Shown here: in pieces, positions 42,117 through 50,892 of the stretch
Numbering within the stretch: position 1 is the first letter of the stretch
How the letters are laid out: each line of letters opens with the position of its first letter
The notes under the pieces: generated by a model
Seen by the model: the letters and a program-made list of their open reading frames with translations, nothing else
Told to the model about the DNA's origin: nothing
Database searches by the model: none
Position numbers and translations under genes: made by a program
IMG/VR virus record: IMGVR_UViG_3300046477_000550
Direction: 5' to 3' (one strand)
Length of the DNA: 64,000 nt
DNA from: a virus

Positions 42117-42123
42117 GTCGCGT

Positions 42124-42840
42124 TCAGTCGTTCGGCTCCTCGTCCACCGTCTTGGCCCGGTCGTCGATGACGATGGCGACTTCGTTGGCTCCGTCGCCGC
42201 GGTGCGGATTGCTGATGATGGCCTGCACGGTTTCGGTGAGCCGGTCGTGGAGGTGGCCGGCGATGGCGCGGGTGACGGGGCTGTCGCTGGTGCGGCTGAC
42301 GTCGTGAAGGCTGGTGACGGCGGCCACGAGGCTGGGTCCGGAGACGTAGGCGGTTACAGCACCGTCGGTGTCCTGGACTTCGCCGGGGATGCGGAAGTGC
42401 CGGTCGTGGATGGCGTGTTCGACGAGGAACGCCCATGTGTCGCGGTGTGCTTGGAGTTTGGCGCGCGAGATGCCGGCTGCGGCGCGCAGGAGTGCGTCGC
42501 TGATGTCGGCCGGCGCCTGGTCGGCGGTCTCACGGTCCGGTTCGGCTGCGGTCTGGACGGTCGCCGGCCGTTCGCGGCCGAGGTCGTTGACGCCGTTGCG
42601 GATGGCTACCAGTTCGCCGCCGATCCGGTTGAGCGGGTCGCCGATCGTCTCCTGGTGGCGCTGGAGTCCGTCGCGGACGACGGCCCGGGTCTCGGCGAGG
42701 CCAGTGTTCAGTGCTGCGGTGGTGTCGCCGCGCATCTGCTCGATGGCCTGCTGCTGGCTGGTCACGCGCTCGCGGAGTTCGCCGAGTTCTCGCAGAATCT
42801 GGTGCAGGAGATCAGAGTTGTCCTTGCCGAAGATCGCCAT
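42124..42840 (-). CDS. hypothetical protein (N-terminal coiled coil)
   Basis: 238-aa ORF, last gene of the early leftward operon. Confidence 0.6.
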   Translation of the reverse strand: MAIFGKDNSDLLHQILRELGELRERVTSQQQAIEQMRGDTTAALNTGLAETRAVVRDGLQRHQETIGDPLNRIGGELVAIRNGVNDLGRERPATVQTAAEPDRETADQAPADISDALLRAAAGISRAKLQAHRDTWAFLVEHAIHDRHFRIPGEVQDTDGAVTAYVSGPSLVAAVTSLHDVSRTSDSPVTRAIAGHLHDRLTETVQAIISNPHRGDGANEVAIVIDDRAKTVDEEPND

Positions 42841-42918
42841 GAGCCCCCCAGTGGTCGTCAGCTGACCTGGTCAGGGTCGAGGCGGGACATGGTGGCGACA
42901 AGGGCGCGAACTGGACAG

Positions 42919-43437
42919 CTACGACGCGAGGTCGAGGACGGCCCATACTTGCCGGCCGTCGGGTGTGATTTCGGTGCCGCAGCTGACGGCCCCGAGTTCG
43001 TGGAGCCGCGGGAGGACTGCGTCGCCGAGGTTAGCGGGCTCGGGCTGGTGGCTGAGGGCGAGGATCAGCGCCTGGTGGTCTTGTTCGGCGAGGTGGACGC
43101 TGATGTGCCGGCCACCGTCGTCGACGACGGTGGCGACGAGGAGCAGCACGATGTCGTCGAGGGTTTTCGGGCCGCGGAGTCCCCATTTGGCGAGGCGTTC
43201 GGTGACGTTGCCGACTGCTTTGCGTCCCGCCCAGGGCTGCGCTTCGAGGGACCAGGTGGCGCCCTGACGGTTCGCCATCACCCGGCGTCCGCGGAAGGCG
43301 TCGAGGCGGACGGGTGCGGTGTCGTGCCGGGTTTGTGGCGGGGGCGGGGATGGCGGCTTCTTGGGTGGCGGCGGCGTTTTGGGCGGGTAGTCGGGGCGTG
43401 GCCTGATGGCTTCGGCTCCGTCGTCTGCTGATCCCAC
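42919..43437 (-). CDS. degenerate anti-sigma-factor-like (HATPase_c_2-type) ATP-binding protein
   Basis: The core AGRKAVGNVTERLAKWGL...DDIVLLLVATVVDDGGRHISVHL...GRQVWAVLDL follows the Streptomyces ATP-binding-protein pattern but lacks the N-box Asn and the GRGL motif. GTG at 43437 with GGGGAGGA RBS, or an upstream ATG at 43476. Confidence 0.5.
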   Translation of the reverse strand: MGSADDGAEAIRPRPDYPPKTPPPPKKPPSPPPPQTRHDTAPVRLDAFRGRRVMANRQGATWSLEAQPWAGRKAVGNVTERLAKWGLRGPKTLDDIVLLLVATVVDDGGRHISVHLAEQDHQALILALSHQPEPANLGDAVLPRLHELGAVSCGTEITPDGRQVWAVLDLAS

Positions 43438-43542
43438 AGATCCTCCCCGACGCTGCGCAACGATGCGGTCACCCATCGTAGGAGCGCGGGGCGGGGTCTG
43501 TCTCCGGTGCGGGGAAGCCGTTACGTGCGGGCTTCCTGTCGG

Positions 43543-43683
43543 TCAGAGGGTGTGCTGGAGGATCCAGAGCAGGACGGTGAGCGTCCAGTCGAGGAGCATC
43601 AGCCCCGCGAGCGCGATGCAGACCAGGGCGGCGCCTCGCGGGACGCGGATTTCCTCGGCCAGCCAGTGCGGGCGGTCACTCAC
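43543..43683 (-). CDS. 46-aa membrane peptide
   Basis: GTG at 43683 (GTGA overlap). Reads ...AALVCIALAGLMLLDWTLTVLLWIL. Confidence 0.3.
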   Translation of the reverse strand: MSDRPHWLAEEIRVPRGAALVCIALAGLMLLDWTLTVLLWILQHTL

Positions 43684-44522
43684 TGCTGCTCCTTGGGCGG
43701 GTCGACGGGCTCAACGATCGCGTGCCGCAGTTCGACGAGCCGCCGATCCCACCACCGGCTGACGGATGTGCCGAGGGGCGGCGGCCCGGCCTTGCACCAC
43801 TGCTCGTACAGGTCGATAACGCGGGACAGGTCGGCTTCGGCGTCACGGTGCATGTCGCCGAGGAACTTGCCGAGGGGGCGAATGACGGCGAGTACGGCGT
43901 CGGCGATGCGCGGCACTTCAGCGAACGGGCCCTTGCCGGAGTGCGTCTCGCTGCGAATGGCCGTGATCAACTGCTCCCGCAGCGCCGAGTTGTCCGCCGC
44001 ATCGCTCCTGGCGACGGAGTTGTCCGGGGTTGTTCGCGGACATTCTTCGCCGTTGTTCGCGGCCCCAGTCCAGGTGACGAGGTGCACTGGCGGTGCGGCT
44101 GGGTCGATGCCCACCCCGCCGGCCGCCATCTGCCGCCCGCACTGCGCGCCCTTCAGCCACGTCCGGACGTCAGCCACAGTGATCGTCCGGCCTGTCCGTT
44201 CGGCGATGACGCAGCACTCCTCCACGAAGTCGAGGGCGTCCTGGGCGCGGTAGAGCTGGTTGCTGAGGTCGTCGGCGAGATCTCGGGCCTCCTCGGCGGT
44301 CAGCTCGGGAGTGTCGGACTCGGTGTCGCGGTGGTGGAGTTCGTTCCACAGCGCGGTGTTCTCTCCGGCGAGGTCCGTCTCCCAGGCTGCAACGCCTTCC
44401 TCGTTCGGGTGGTCGATCTGCCGGACGAACTCGGTGCCGATGTCACTGCGTTCGGTGTCCGGCGGGTAGACGGCGAGCATGTCGCGTTCGGCTGCTTCCC
44501 GCCGCTCGTCGGGTGTGGGCAT
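43680..44522 (-). CDS. hypothetical protein
   Basis: ATG at 44522 with AAGGAGA RBS. 280 aa. Confidence 0.6.
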   Translation of the reverse strand: MPTPDERREAAERDMLAVYPPDTERSDIGTEFVRQIDHPNEEGVAAWETDLAGENTALWNELHHRDTESDTPELTAEEARDLADDLSNQLYRAQDALDFVEECCVIAERTGRTITVADVRTWLKGAQCGRQMAAGGVGIDPAAPPVHLVTWTGAANNGEECPRTTPDNSVARSDAADNSALREQLITAIRSETHSGKGPFAEVPRIADAVLAVIRPLGKFLGDMHRDAEADLSRVIDLYEQWCKAGPPPLGTSVSRWWDRRLVELRHAIVEPVDPPKEQQ

Positions 44523-44524
44523 TG

Positions 44525-44716
44525 TCAGCTCTCCTTGCGCTGGTCGAGGGCGGCGAGGATTTCGGACGGCCAGAGCGTGTCCGCGTCGCACGGTTCGCCG
44601 TTCGTGCCCTCTGCTTGCTTCTCGGCGGCCAGCTGGCGCACGCGAGCGATGGCGGCCTCGGCGCGCTGCCCGTCGGCGAGGTGCTTGTTGATGGCGTCGT
44701 CGAGTTGGTCGGTCAT
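44525..44716 (-). CDS. hypothetical protein
   Basis: 63-aa ORF. Confidence 0.5.
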   Translation of the reverse strand: MTDQLDDAINKHLADGQRAEAAIARVRQLAAEKQAEGTNGEPCDADTLWPSEILAALDQRKES

Positions 44717-44991
44717 CGGGCGTACTCCTCGTCGGGTGCGGCGGATGCGATGGCGTCGGCGAAGGGCCGGTCAAGGTCTTGTACGGCCGGGGTGAGCTGC
44801 TCGAAGGGAACGATCCACGGGTGGTCGGGCCGGGTCCGCGACCGCCACACAGCCCACGCGTCGTGAACATCCCGGAGTGTCACCTCCCCGCCTTTGACGA
44901 GGGCGAGGAGCAGGTACAGGTCGAGGATGGCGGGGTCCTGGCCGGGGCATCGGGCTTCGAGGGCGGTGCGGGCGGTGTCGATGTAGGTCAC
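44713..44991 (-). CDS. hypothetical protein
   Basis: GTG at 44991 (GTGA overlap, AGGAGA RBS). 92 aa. Confidence 0.45.
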   Translation of the reverse strand: MTYIDTARTALEARCPGQDPAILDLYLLLALVKGGEVTLRDVHDAWAVWRSRTRPDHPWIVPFEQLTPAVQDLDRPFADAIASAAPDEEYAR

Positions 44992-45356
44992 GGGGTCTCC
45001 TGAGATGCGGCGAGGGCGCCTTCGATCACGGCATACAGCTCTGCGGTGCTGAACGGCCGCTGCCGGTGGAGGGCTGCCGCGTCCTGCACCCGGCCGATGA
45101 CGGCCTCGGCGCGCTCCGCCCGCGCCCACGGCCCGTCGGGCCCGTACTCGCGGTCGGCGATCCGCGGCGTGCAGACGGCGACAGCGTCGTCCGACCAGTG
45201 AATGAACGTCCACCCGGGCTGGGGGTGGGCATCACCGTCGAGGGTGTGGATGACAAGCCGGTCGCCGTCCCAGTGGTGGTGCCGGTCGAGCCAGGCGGGG
45301 AGGGTTCGGGTGCCGTCCCACTGGTGGGTGTGGACGGGGACGGGCGGGAGGGTCAT
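44988..45356 (-). CDS. hypothetical protein
   Basis: ATG at 45356. 122 aa. Confidence 0.5.
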   Translation of the reverse strand: MTLPPVPVHTHQWDGTRTLPAWLDRHHHWDGDRLVIHTLDGDAHPQPGWTFIHWSDDAVAVCTPRIADREYGPDGPWARAERAEAVIGRVQDAAALHRQRPFSTAELYAVIEGALAASQETP

Positions 45357-45592
45357 GGCTGCTCCGTGCTGGCGCAGGCGGGGTGCTGTTCGGCGGGTGC
45401 AAGTCCGGCCTGGTCGGCGCGCGAGCAGGCCGGGCATGGGGTGGCTGCTTCGGTCGGGCCGTCGAGGAGTTCAATCACCCAGGTCGCGGACAGGCTGTCG
45501 AAGCCGCGGGCGATGAGACTGATGCAGGCGGCCCGGAGTGTGGCCAGCCGCTGCTCGACGGGCGGTGCTGTGGATGCGGGCTGGTCGGTCAC
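45353..45592 (-). CDS. hypothetical protein
   Basis: 79-aa ORF. Confidence 0.5.
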   Translation of the reverse strand: MTDQPASTAPPVEQRLATLRAACISLIARGFDSLSATWVIELLDGPTEAATPCPACSRADQAGLAPAEQHPACASTEQP

Positions 45593-45759
45593 TTCGTCCT
45601 CCGTGCTGCGCGTCGTGTCTCCCGGTTGGCGAGGGGTGGCGGGGCGAGTTCCTCGTCGTCGTCTTCGACCAGGGTTTCGCTGGGGCGGACGATGACGGTC
45701 TCCCAGTGGCGGCCTCGGGCGCCGGCGCGTTCACGGCGGGGGTTGGACGGGCCGGTCAT
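45589..45759 (-). CDS. 56-aa basic protein
   Basis: ATG at 45759 (ATGA overlap). Confidence 0.4.
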   Translation of the reverse strand: MTGPSNPRRERAGARGRHWETVIVRPSETLVEDDDEELAPPPLANRETRRAARRTK

Positions 45760-46118
45760 CGCTGCGCTTCCGAGTTCGTGTCCGCCATGAGCTTCAGCAG
45801 GTAGCGCCCCATGTCGGCCATGACGGTGTCCTGCGGGGTGTTGCCCCAGTCGTCGGTGGGTGCGAGCTTCGTCCACTCGGTGGCCTTGACGGCGACTGCC
45901 GCAATAGCTGCTTCGGCTCGGAGTGCCCGTGCCCGGATGTCGGCCACATCTTCGACGACGCCTCGGATCGGCCCGGTGACTTCGCCGACGGCCGCGGCGT
46001 GCATTTCGGCGACGGTCCCGCAGGCGGATTGTTGGGCGGCGTGCAGGTTGTCGATGTCGAAGTACAGCTCGTCGAGGTTCTGTTGGGTGAGCTTGTGGAG
46101 GGGCAGGCGGTCGGTCAT
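45756..46118 (-). CDS. hypothetical protein
   Basis: 120-aa ORF. Confidence 0.55.
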   Translation of the reverse strand: MTDRLPLHKLTQQNLDELYFDIDNLHAAQQSACGTVAEMHAAAVGEVTGPIRGVVEDVADIRARALRAEAAIAAVAVKATEWTKLAPTDDWGNTPQDTVMADMGRYLLKLMADTNSEAQR

Positions 46119-46167
46119 GTGCGTCTCCTGTGGTGTGTGGTCGTGCAGGCGGGCGGGAGGACGGCGG

Positions 46168-46500
46168 TCACGCTTCGGCCCCGCAGGTTCGGCATGCGAA
46201 CCCGGGTGGCGGCTTGTCCATGCAGATGAAGCAGGCGGGCGCGGTGAGGAGTTGCTCGGGACGGAGTCCGAACACGGTGGCGAGTGCGACGAGGTCGTCG
46301 ACGATGGCGGCGACGGCTGGCTGGCCTGGGTCGCGGCCGTTCTCGATGCGGCCGATGGTGGTGTAGCCGATCGGCTTGCCCGCGACTTGGGTTTGTCGCG
46401 CGACTTCGCGGAGGGACCAGCCGCGTGCGGTGCGGAGGGCGTGGATGTGGGCGCCGACGATGCGGGAGACGGGGAGGTCTTGGGCTAGGCGTGGCGGCAT
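46168..46500 (-). CDS. XRE-type HTH protein with C-terminal zinc ribbon
   Basis: ATG at 46500. Reads RTARGWSLREVARQTQVAGKPIGYTTIGRIENG, then CFICMD...CRTCG. Confidence 0.65.
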   Translation of the reverse strand: MPPRLAQDLPVSRIVGAHIHALRTARGWSLREVARQTQVAGKPIGYTTIGRIENGRDPGQPAVAAIVDDLVALATVFGLRPEQLLTAPACFICMDKPPPGFACRTCGAEA

Positions 46501-46982
46501 CAGGTAGTGATCCTCCGGACGGTGATGCCTGCCTGTTCGGCGAGGCGGATGCAGTTGTTGGTGCCGTAGTTGGGCTGGCCGGGTTCGGGGAAGGCGACCA
46601 TCCACTCGGCGCGCGGCTCCTTGCCGACCATGGCGGTGTTGCGGCGGGGTCCGGCGCCGGGGCAGTAGGTTTCGAGTAGGCCGGGATGTGCGGTGTCACC
46701 AGGCCTTTTCCGCCGTCGATGCGTGGGATCGGGCGGGCAGTTGGGGGCGCACAGGTCCCAGTCGGCGGGCATGGGGTCTTCGGTGACGCCGTGCCGGTGG
46801 CCGACCTCGTTGATCCAGTCGGATGCGGCTTGGTCGGCGGAGTGTTCGCCGGGGCAGGCGCCGTGCCGGACGATGATCGGCCCGTCGGCGATGTTGAAGG
46901 CGATGTCGGCGAGGGTGCCGGGCACGATGCCGGGTTCGGTGAGGTCGCGGCCTCCGGCGAGGAGGATGACGGTGGCGGTCAT
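46500..46982 (-). CDS. SLOG-fold / DUF2493-like protein
   Basis: ATG at 46982. VILLAGGRD...VRHGACPGEHSADQAASDW...PADW follows the DUF2493 pattern. Confidence 0.55.
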   Translation of the reverse strand: MTATVILLAGGRDLTEPGIVPGTLADIAFNIADGPIIVRHGACPGEHSADQAASDWINEVGHRHGVTEDPMPADWDLCAPNCPPDPTHRRRKRPGDTAHPGLLETYCPGAGPRRNTAMVGKEPRAEWMVAFPEPGQPNYGTNNCIRLAEQAGITVRRITT

Positions 46983-47467
46983 GCGCCACGCCCGAGCCGC
47001 GTGAAGGTGCTCTCGCGGGGAGGCGCCGGGCGGTGGTTCTCCGGGCCGTTGAGCTGCCGCCGTACCCATTCGGCATCCGATTCGGCGACGTGCGCACCAG
47101 CCGAGCGGGCGACGATGATCTGCATGGGCTGCCCGTCACCGTCGCGGACTTCGGCAACCCAGGCCGACCACGGCTGTGATCCGCCGGTGGGCAGCGTGTG
47201 GCCGTCGGGGCAGTGCGGGCAGGTCATGTCGACGGCGGGCGGCTCGGGGTCGTCCCAGACGATGCGGGTGTGGCCGCCGTGTCCGTGGACGTGTACGGCG
47301 TGGGCGAGTTCGTCCCAGAAGGCGGTGGACGGGCGTTCGCCGAGCCAGCGGACGGAGACGGTGCCGTCGGACCAGACGATGCCGTCGGCGACCCGGCCAG
47401 TACCGGATACGCCGGTGACGTCGTGGTCGCGCTGGAGGTGGAAGCGGCGGGGCTGAATGTCGGTCAT
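46979..47467 (-). CDS. hypothetical protein
   Basis: 162-aa ORF containing a CPHCPDGH motif. Confidence 0.55.
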   Translation of the reverse strand: MTDIQPRRFHLQRDHDVTGVSGTGRVADGIVWSDGTVSVRWLGERPSTAFWDELAHAVHVHGHGGHTRIVWDDPEPPAVDMTCPHCPDGHTLPTGGSQPWSAWVAEVRDGDGQPMQIIVARSAGAHVAESDAEWVRRQLNGPENHRPAPPRESTFTRLGRGA

Positions 47468-47697
47468 GTCGCGTCCTTGGGTTTGATCACGTAGTTGAGT
47501 CCGTCGTCGAGGTCGAGCCAGACGAGGAGGGTCACCAGCGCGTCGGCGTCAGGTCGTTTGTCGTCGGCGAGGCGGGAGAACGTGGACGGGGATACGTCGA
47601 CCTGGTCGGCGAGTTGCCGCCACGTCAGGCCTTGCTGCTGGCGTTGGTGGTCGAGGCGGCGACGAAGCTCGGGGACGTCGAGTCGGTAGGTGCTCAT
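47464..47697 (-). CDS. Cro/XRE-like HTH protein
   Basis: 77 aa reading QGLTWRQLADQVDVSPSTFSRLADDKRP. Confidence 0.65.
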   Translation of the reverse strand: MSTYRLDVPELRRRLDHQRQQQGLTWRQLADQVDVSPSTFSRLADDKRPDADALVTLLVWLDLDDGLNYVIKPKDAT

Positions 47698-47993
47698 GCC
47701 GCCTCGTCAAGGTCATCGGTGTCGCCGCGCGCCCAGCTCGGCGCACGCGGCCCTGTGGGCGTCTCTGCGGGCTCAGGAGCCGCCCGGAGGCCGCCCGGGA
47801 GCCCTGAACCCCCCTCAGGCCGCCCAGCGGGCGCCCAGGCGCCGCGAACGGCCCGCCACGTCCCCTTCGCGCCCTGAGCGATGACCGCGATCCCCGGGAA
47901 CAGGCAGACCGTGAGCACGAACGCGCCGGCGGCGATCCAGGCGAGGATGGCGCGGCAGACGATGAACAGGGTGTCGATGGCCTCGGCGATCAC
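47694..47993 (-). CDS. membrane protein
   Basis: GTG at 47993 (GTGA overlap). Two TM helices. Confidence 0.45.
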   Translation of the reverse strand: MIAEAIDTLFIVCRAILAWIAAGAFVLTVCLFPGIAVIAQGAKGTWRAVRGAWAPAGRPEGGSGLPGGLRAAPEPAETPTGPRAPSWARGDTDDLDEAA

Positions 47994-49471
47994 GGCGTGC
48001 TCTTCTCGTCGTAGCAGCCGCAGCGGAGGCCGCCGCCGTGTGTGCTGCCCACGGTGGGTACGACGGCGATGAGGGTCGGGCAGCCGTCGGGGAAGCCAGG
48101 GCACGGCACCTCGCCTGTCCCGGCCGGGACAGCGGCGGCCTGCAACTCCCGCAGCACCTCGGCCACGTCGTGCGGGCCAACCTCTCGCGAGGCGGGCCAG
48201 CTGTCCGGGCCCTGAAAGGCGATCCGCATCCGAGAGAACGGATTACCGAGCTCGGTGAACCTCTCCGTGAGAACGGCCTCAAGGCGGTAGGACAGGCCGT
48301 TGGCGGCATCGGGATTCGGGCAGTCCATCAGCGTGCACGTGAGGAGCCCGTCCTCGCCTACACGCAGCGTCGGGTGTCCACACGCGGGGCAGAAGCCTTC
48401 GACGTCGTTCGCGTGGATCGACGGGGGCGTCTCGGTTTGCTGCTGCGCCTCGACGGCCATGCGACGCTTGACGATCGCGGTCACCTCGGCGAGCGCGGCC
48501 CGAGACTCGTCGCTCATCTCCGCCGCACCATGCACGCGCACGATCTCCCCGCCAATGACGACAGGACGGCAGACATCCTCGACGAGCTGGTCGAGGTGGA
48601 CTTGAGCTTCCCGCTCGTCGCGTTCCTCGTTGGCGAGGCGGCGCAGCTCCCGGATACCGGCGTCAAGGCCTGCGCGCCAACGGCCTTCAGGCATGGTCAT
48701 GTCCGCTGCTGCGGTCTCCTGCGTGAGTCCGTCGAGAGCGTCGGCCGCCTCGTTGAGCACGGTGGCCCGGTGCTCGGCCACCAGTCCCAGCCGTCGGGCA
48801 ACGGGGTCCTGTCCGAGCGGCGGGAGTGCCAGCTCCGTGACCCGGTCGCGGATCGCATCCCACGGCGCGCCCGTGCCCAGCCCCAACGCGTCGGACAGGG
48901 CCAGCCGGTGCTCCTCGACGGTGGCCCGGTCGACGGGCGCGGCGGCCTCCAACTGCCGGACGCGGGCTTCGGTCAGTTCCGCGACCTCGGCCGTCAGGTC
49001 TTCGGCCCGGTCGCGGATCGCCTCCCAGGTCGCCCCCGTGCCGAGGCGGAGCGCAGCCGAGACGGCGAGACGGTACGCCTCCTCGGCGGGCCGGTCGGCT
49101 GGCGGCGGCAGCACGGCGGCAAGCAGCACGTCCGCGATCTCGTAGCCGCGCGCCTTCGCGATGACCTTCGGGAGCGTGTCCAGCAGTAGCGGGATCACAG
49201 CCTCGGCGATCCGGTCGCGTAGTGCGGTCTCTGTGGGTGCGGACGGCTCGACAGCGGACGAGGCGGCCATGAAGGCGTGCGCCCACTCCTGCGTGTACTC
49301 GCACCTCGGGTCCGGGCACACCCATCCGGCGGACGTCGCCGCGAGGACGGGACTTTGCCCGCTTTCGTGCAAGGCCCCGCAAGTGAACGGGTGCATGGCG
49401 CCTGCCCGCTGGAAGGCGTTGAGCGCGGCAACCTGCTCGTCGGTCCACGGGGTGTGGATGGTCTCGGTCAT
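47990..49471 (-). CDS. multidomain hypothetical protein with Cys-rich termini
   Basis: 493 aa. Internal duplication (YRLAVSAALRLGTGATWEAIRDR and HRLALSDALGLGTGAPWDAIRDR). The C-terminus reads GFCPACGHPTL...CTLMDCP. Confidence 0.65.
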   Translation of the reverse strand: MTETIHTPWTDEQVAALNAFQRAGAMHPFTCGALHESGQSPVLAATSAGWVCPDPRCEYTQEWAHAFMAASSAVEPSAPTETALRDRIAEAVIPLLLDTLPKVIAKARGYEIADVLLAAVLPPPADRPAEEAYRLAVSAALRLGTGATWEAIRDRAEDLTAEVAELTEARVRQLEAAAPVDRATVEEHRLALSDALGLGTGAPWDAIRDRVTELALPPLGQDPVARRLGLVAEHRATVLNEAADALDGLTQETAAADMTMPEGRWRAGLDAGIRELRRLANEERDEREAQVHLDQLVEDVCRPVVIGGEIVRVHGAAEMSDESRAALAEVTAIVKRRMAVEAQQQTETPPSIHANDVEGFCPACGHPTLRVGEDGLLTCTLMDCPNPDAANGLSYRLEAVLTERFTELGNPFSRMRIAFQGPDSWPASREVGPHDVAEVLRELQAAAVPAGTGEVPCPGFPDGCPTLIAVVPTVGSTHGGGLRCGCYDEKSTP

Positions 49472-49528
49472 GCGGTGCTCCTTCGGGTGGGGCCGGCCGC
49501 CGCCGGGAAGACGACGGTTGGGGTGGGG

Positions 49529-49966
49529 TTACGGGGTGGCGGCAGCGGCGGTCGTGCGGCTTCCCGCTGCGGCCTCCAGCTCCTCGGCCAGCGGCCTGTG
49601 CGGGCGGGCGGCACGCTCGGCCTTCTCTGCAGCAGCGAGGGCGTCCTGCTGCTTGACCTCCCGCTCGGTCGACGGGCGGTACACGGAGGTTGTCGAGACC
49701 TGGACGAGGGTTCCCTTGCCGTGGTCGAGGAGATGCCACGAGCCGTGCTCGAACATCCAGGTGAACTCGGGGCGACTGCGGGGCTCGTCGTCCTCAGCCT
49801 CGGCCTCGTCGTCCCAGTGGCCGTACTCCTCGCCCTCGTAGTCGAAGGCGGCGTGGACCTTGGCGGTGTCGAGGTCGAGGTAGAGGGCGTTGCCGTCCCA
49901 CATGTCGTGGTCTTCCCACCAGGCATGGAAGACGGTGAGGGCTTGAGTGAGTCGCGGATAGCTCAT
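49529..49966 (-). CDS. hypothetical acidic protein
   Basis: 145-aa ORF. Confidence 0.55.
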   Translation of the reverse strand: MSYPRLTQALTVFHAWWEDHDMWDGNALYLDLDTAKVHAAFDYEGEEYGHWDDEAEAEDDEPRSRPEFTWMFEHGSWHLLDHGKGTLVQVSTTSVYRPSTEREVKQQDALAAAEKAERAARPHRPLAEELEAAAGSRTTAAAATP

Positions 49967-50023
49967 GGCGGGTGCTCCTTGGTGGTGTGGGTGTGGGGTG
50001 GGCGCGGCGGCAGATCAGGCGGG

Positions 50024-50167
50024 CTACGGCTTGCTGACGTGCAGCCGTCGCCGCCGGCCGTCCTGGACGACGCGGTAGCCGGGGTCCCAATCGCCGTCGA
50101 CGAACTCGGACGGCGGGTAGTGGGCCGGCAGCGCGTCGACGTCGGTGGCGCGGATGTGGCGCGGCAT
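50024..50167 (-). CDS. 47-aa hypothetical protein
   Basis: ATG at 50167 (TGATG overlap). Confidence 0.35.
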   Translation of the reverse strand: MPRHIRATDVDALPAHYPPSEFVDGDWDPGYRVVQDGRRRRLHVSKP

Positions 50168-50463
50168 CAGGCGGCCTCGGCCTTCGCTGCGGTACGGCGG
50201 TCGATGATCTCGACGTGGTTGACCGCGACGGCGGCCACCTGAATCAGCTCTTCGCGCAGGTGGCTGTAGTCGCCGGGGGTCTTGCCCGACTTGAAGTTGG
50301 CCTCGTTCGCGGCCTTGGCGGCTTCGCCGACTTCTTCGGTGAGGACCGAGATGCCTTCGAAGTCGTGCCAGTTCCGCTCACCCCAGAGGCCGTCCTGCCG
50401 GATGCGCTCGGCGAGGACTTCCTGGAGGACTCGGTCGGTGGTGATGCTCGGGTTGGCGGTCAT
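50167..50463 (-). CDS. MazG-like nucleotide pyrophosphohydrolase
   Basis: ATG at 50463 with AGGAGA RBS. LAERIRQDGLWGE...LTEEVGEAAKA...LREELIQVAAVAV shows the all-alpha NTP-PPase pattern. Confidence 0.55.
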   Translation of the reverse strand: MTANPSITTDRVLQEVLAERIRQDGLWGERNWHDFEGISVLTEEVGEAAKAANEANFKSGKTPGDYSHLREELIQVAAVAVNHVEIIDRRTAAKAEAA

Positions 50464-50525
50464 TGGGCTCTCCTGTCGGTGAGTTGATCGCGGTTTCAGA
50501 TCGAGCCGGAAGCTCACAGACGGCC

Positions 50526-50819
50526 CTAGGAGCCGTCAGGAGCGTTCGGGAGGACGCGGGGGGCCTCGACGGGCCCTGAGGCCGCCAGAGGCGAACTGTG
50601 AGCGTCGGACGGGACCTTCGTAGCCGCCCGACGCCGGCCCGTCTTCGCCGTCAGCAGCCCGTCCCGCACCGCCATCAGGCGCACCGCCCGCTCGATGACG
50701 GCCGCCAGCACCTGGCCGGGGTAGCAGTCGGCGATGATCCGCTCGGCGTCGGCGGTGAGGTACTTGCGGGTCGACGGGCGGCGGCGGGGAGGCGGGGTAC
50801 GAGTGGTGCGGTCAGGCAT
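50526..50819 (-). CDS. hypothetical protein
   Basis: 97-aa ORF with a basic N-terminus. Confidence 0.45.
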   Translation of the reverse strand: MPDRTTRTPPPRRRPSTRKYLTADAERIIADCYPGQVLAAVIERAVRLMAVRDGLLTAKTGRRRAATKVPSDAHSSPLAASGPVEAPRVLPNAPDGS

Positions 50820-50892
50820 CAGGTGCTCCCTTTGCGGCTGGATAGGGTTCCAGGCAGACCCAGGCGGCTATCACCCGCCTGGGTCGCTGCGT

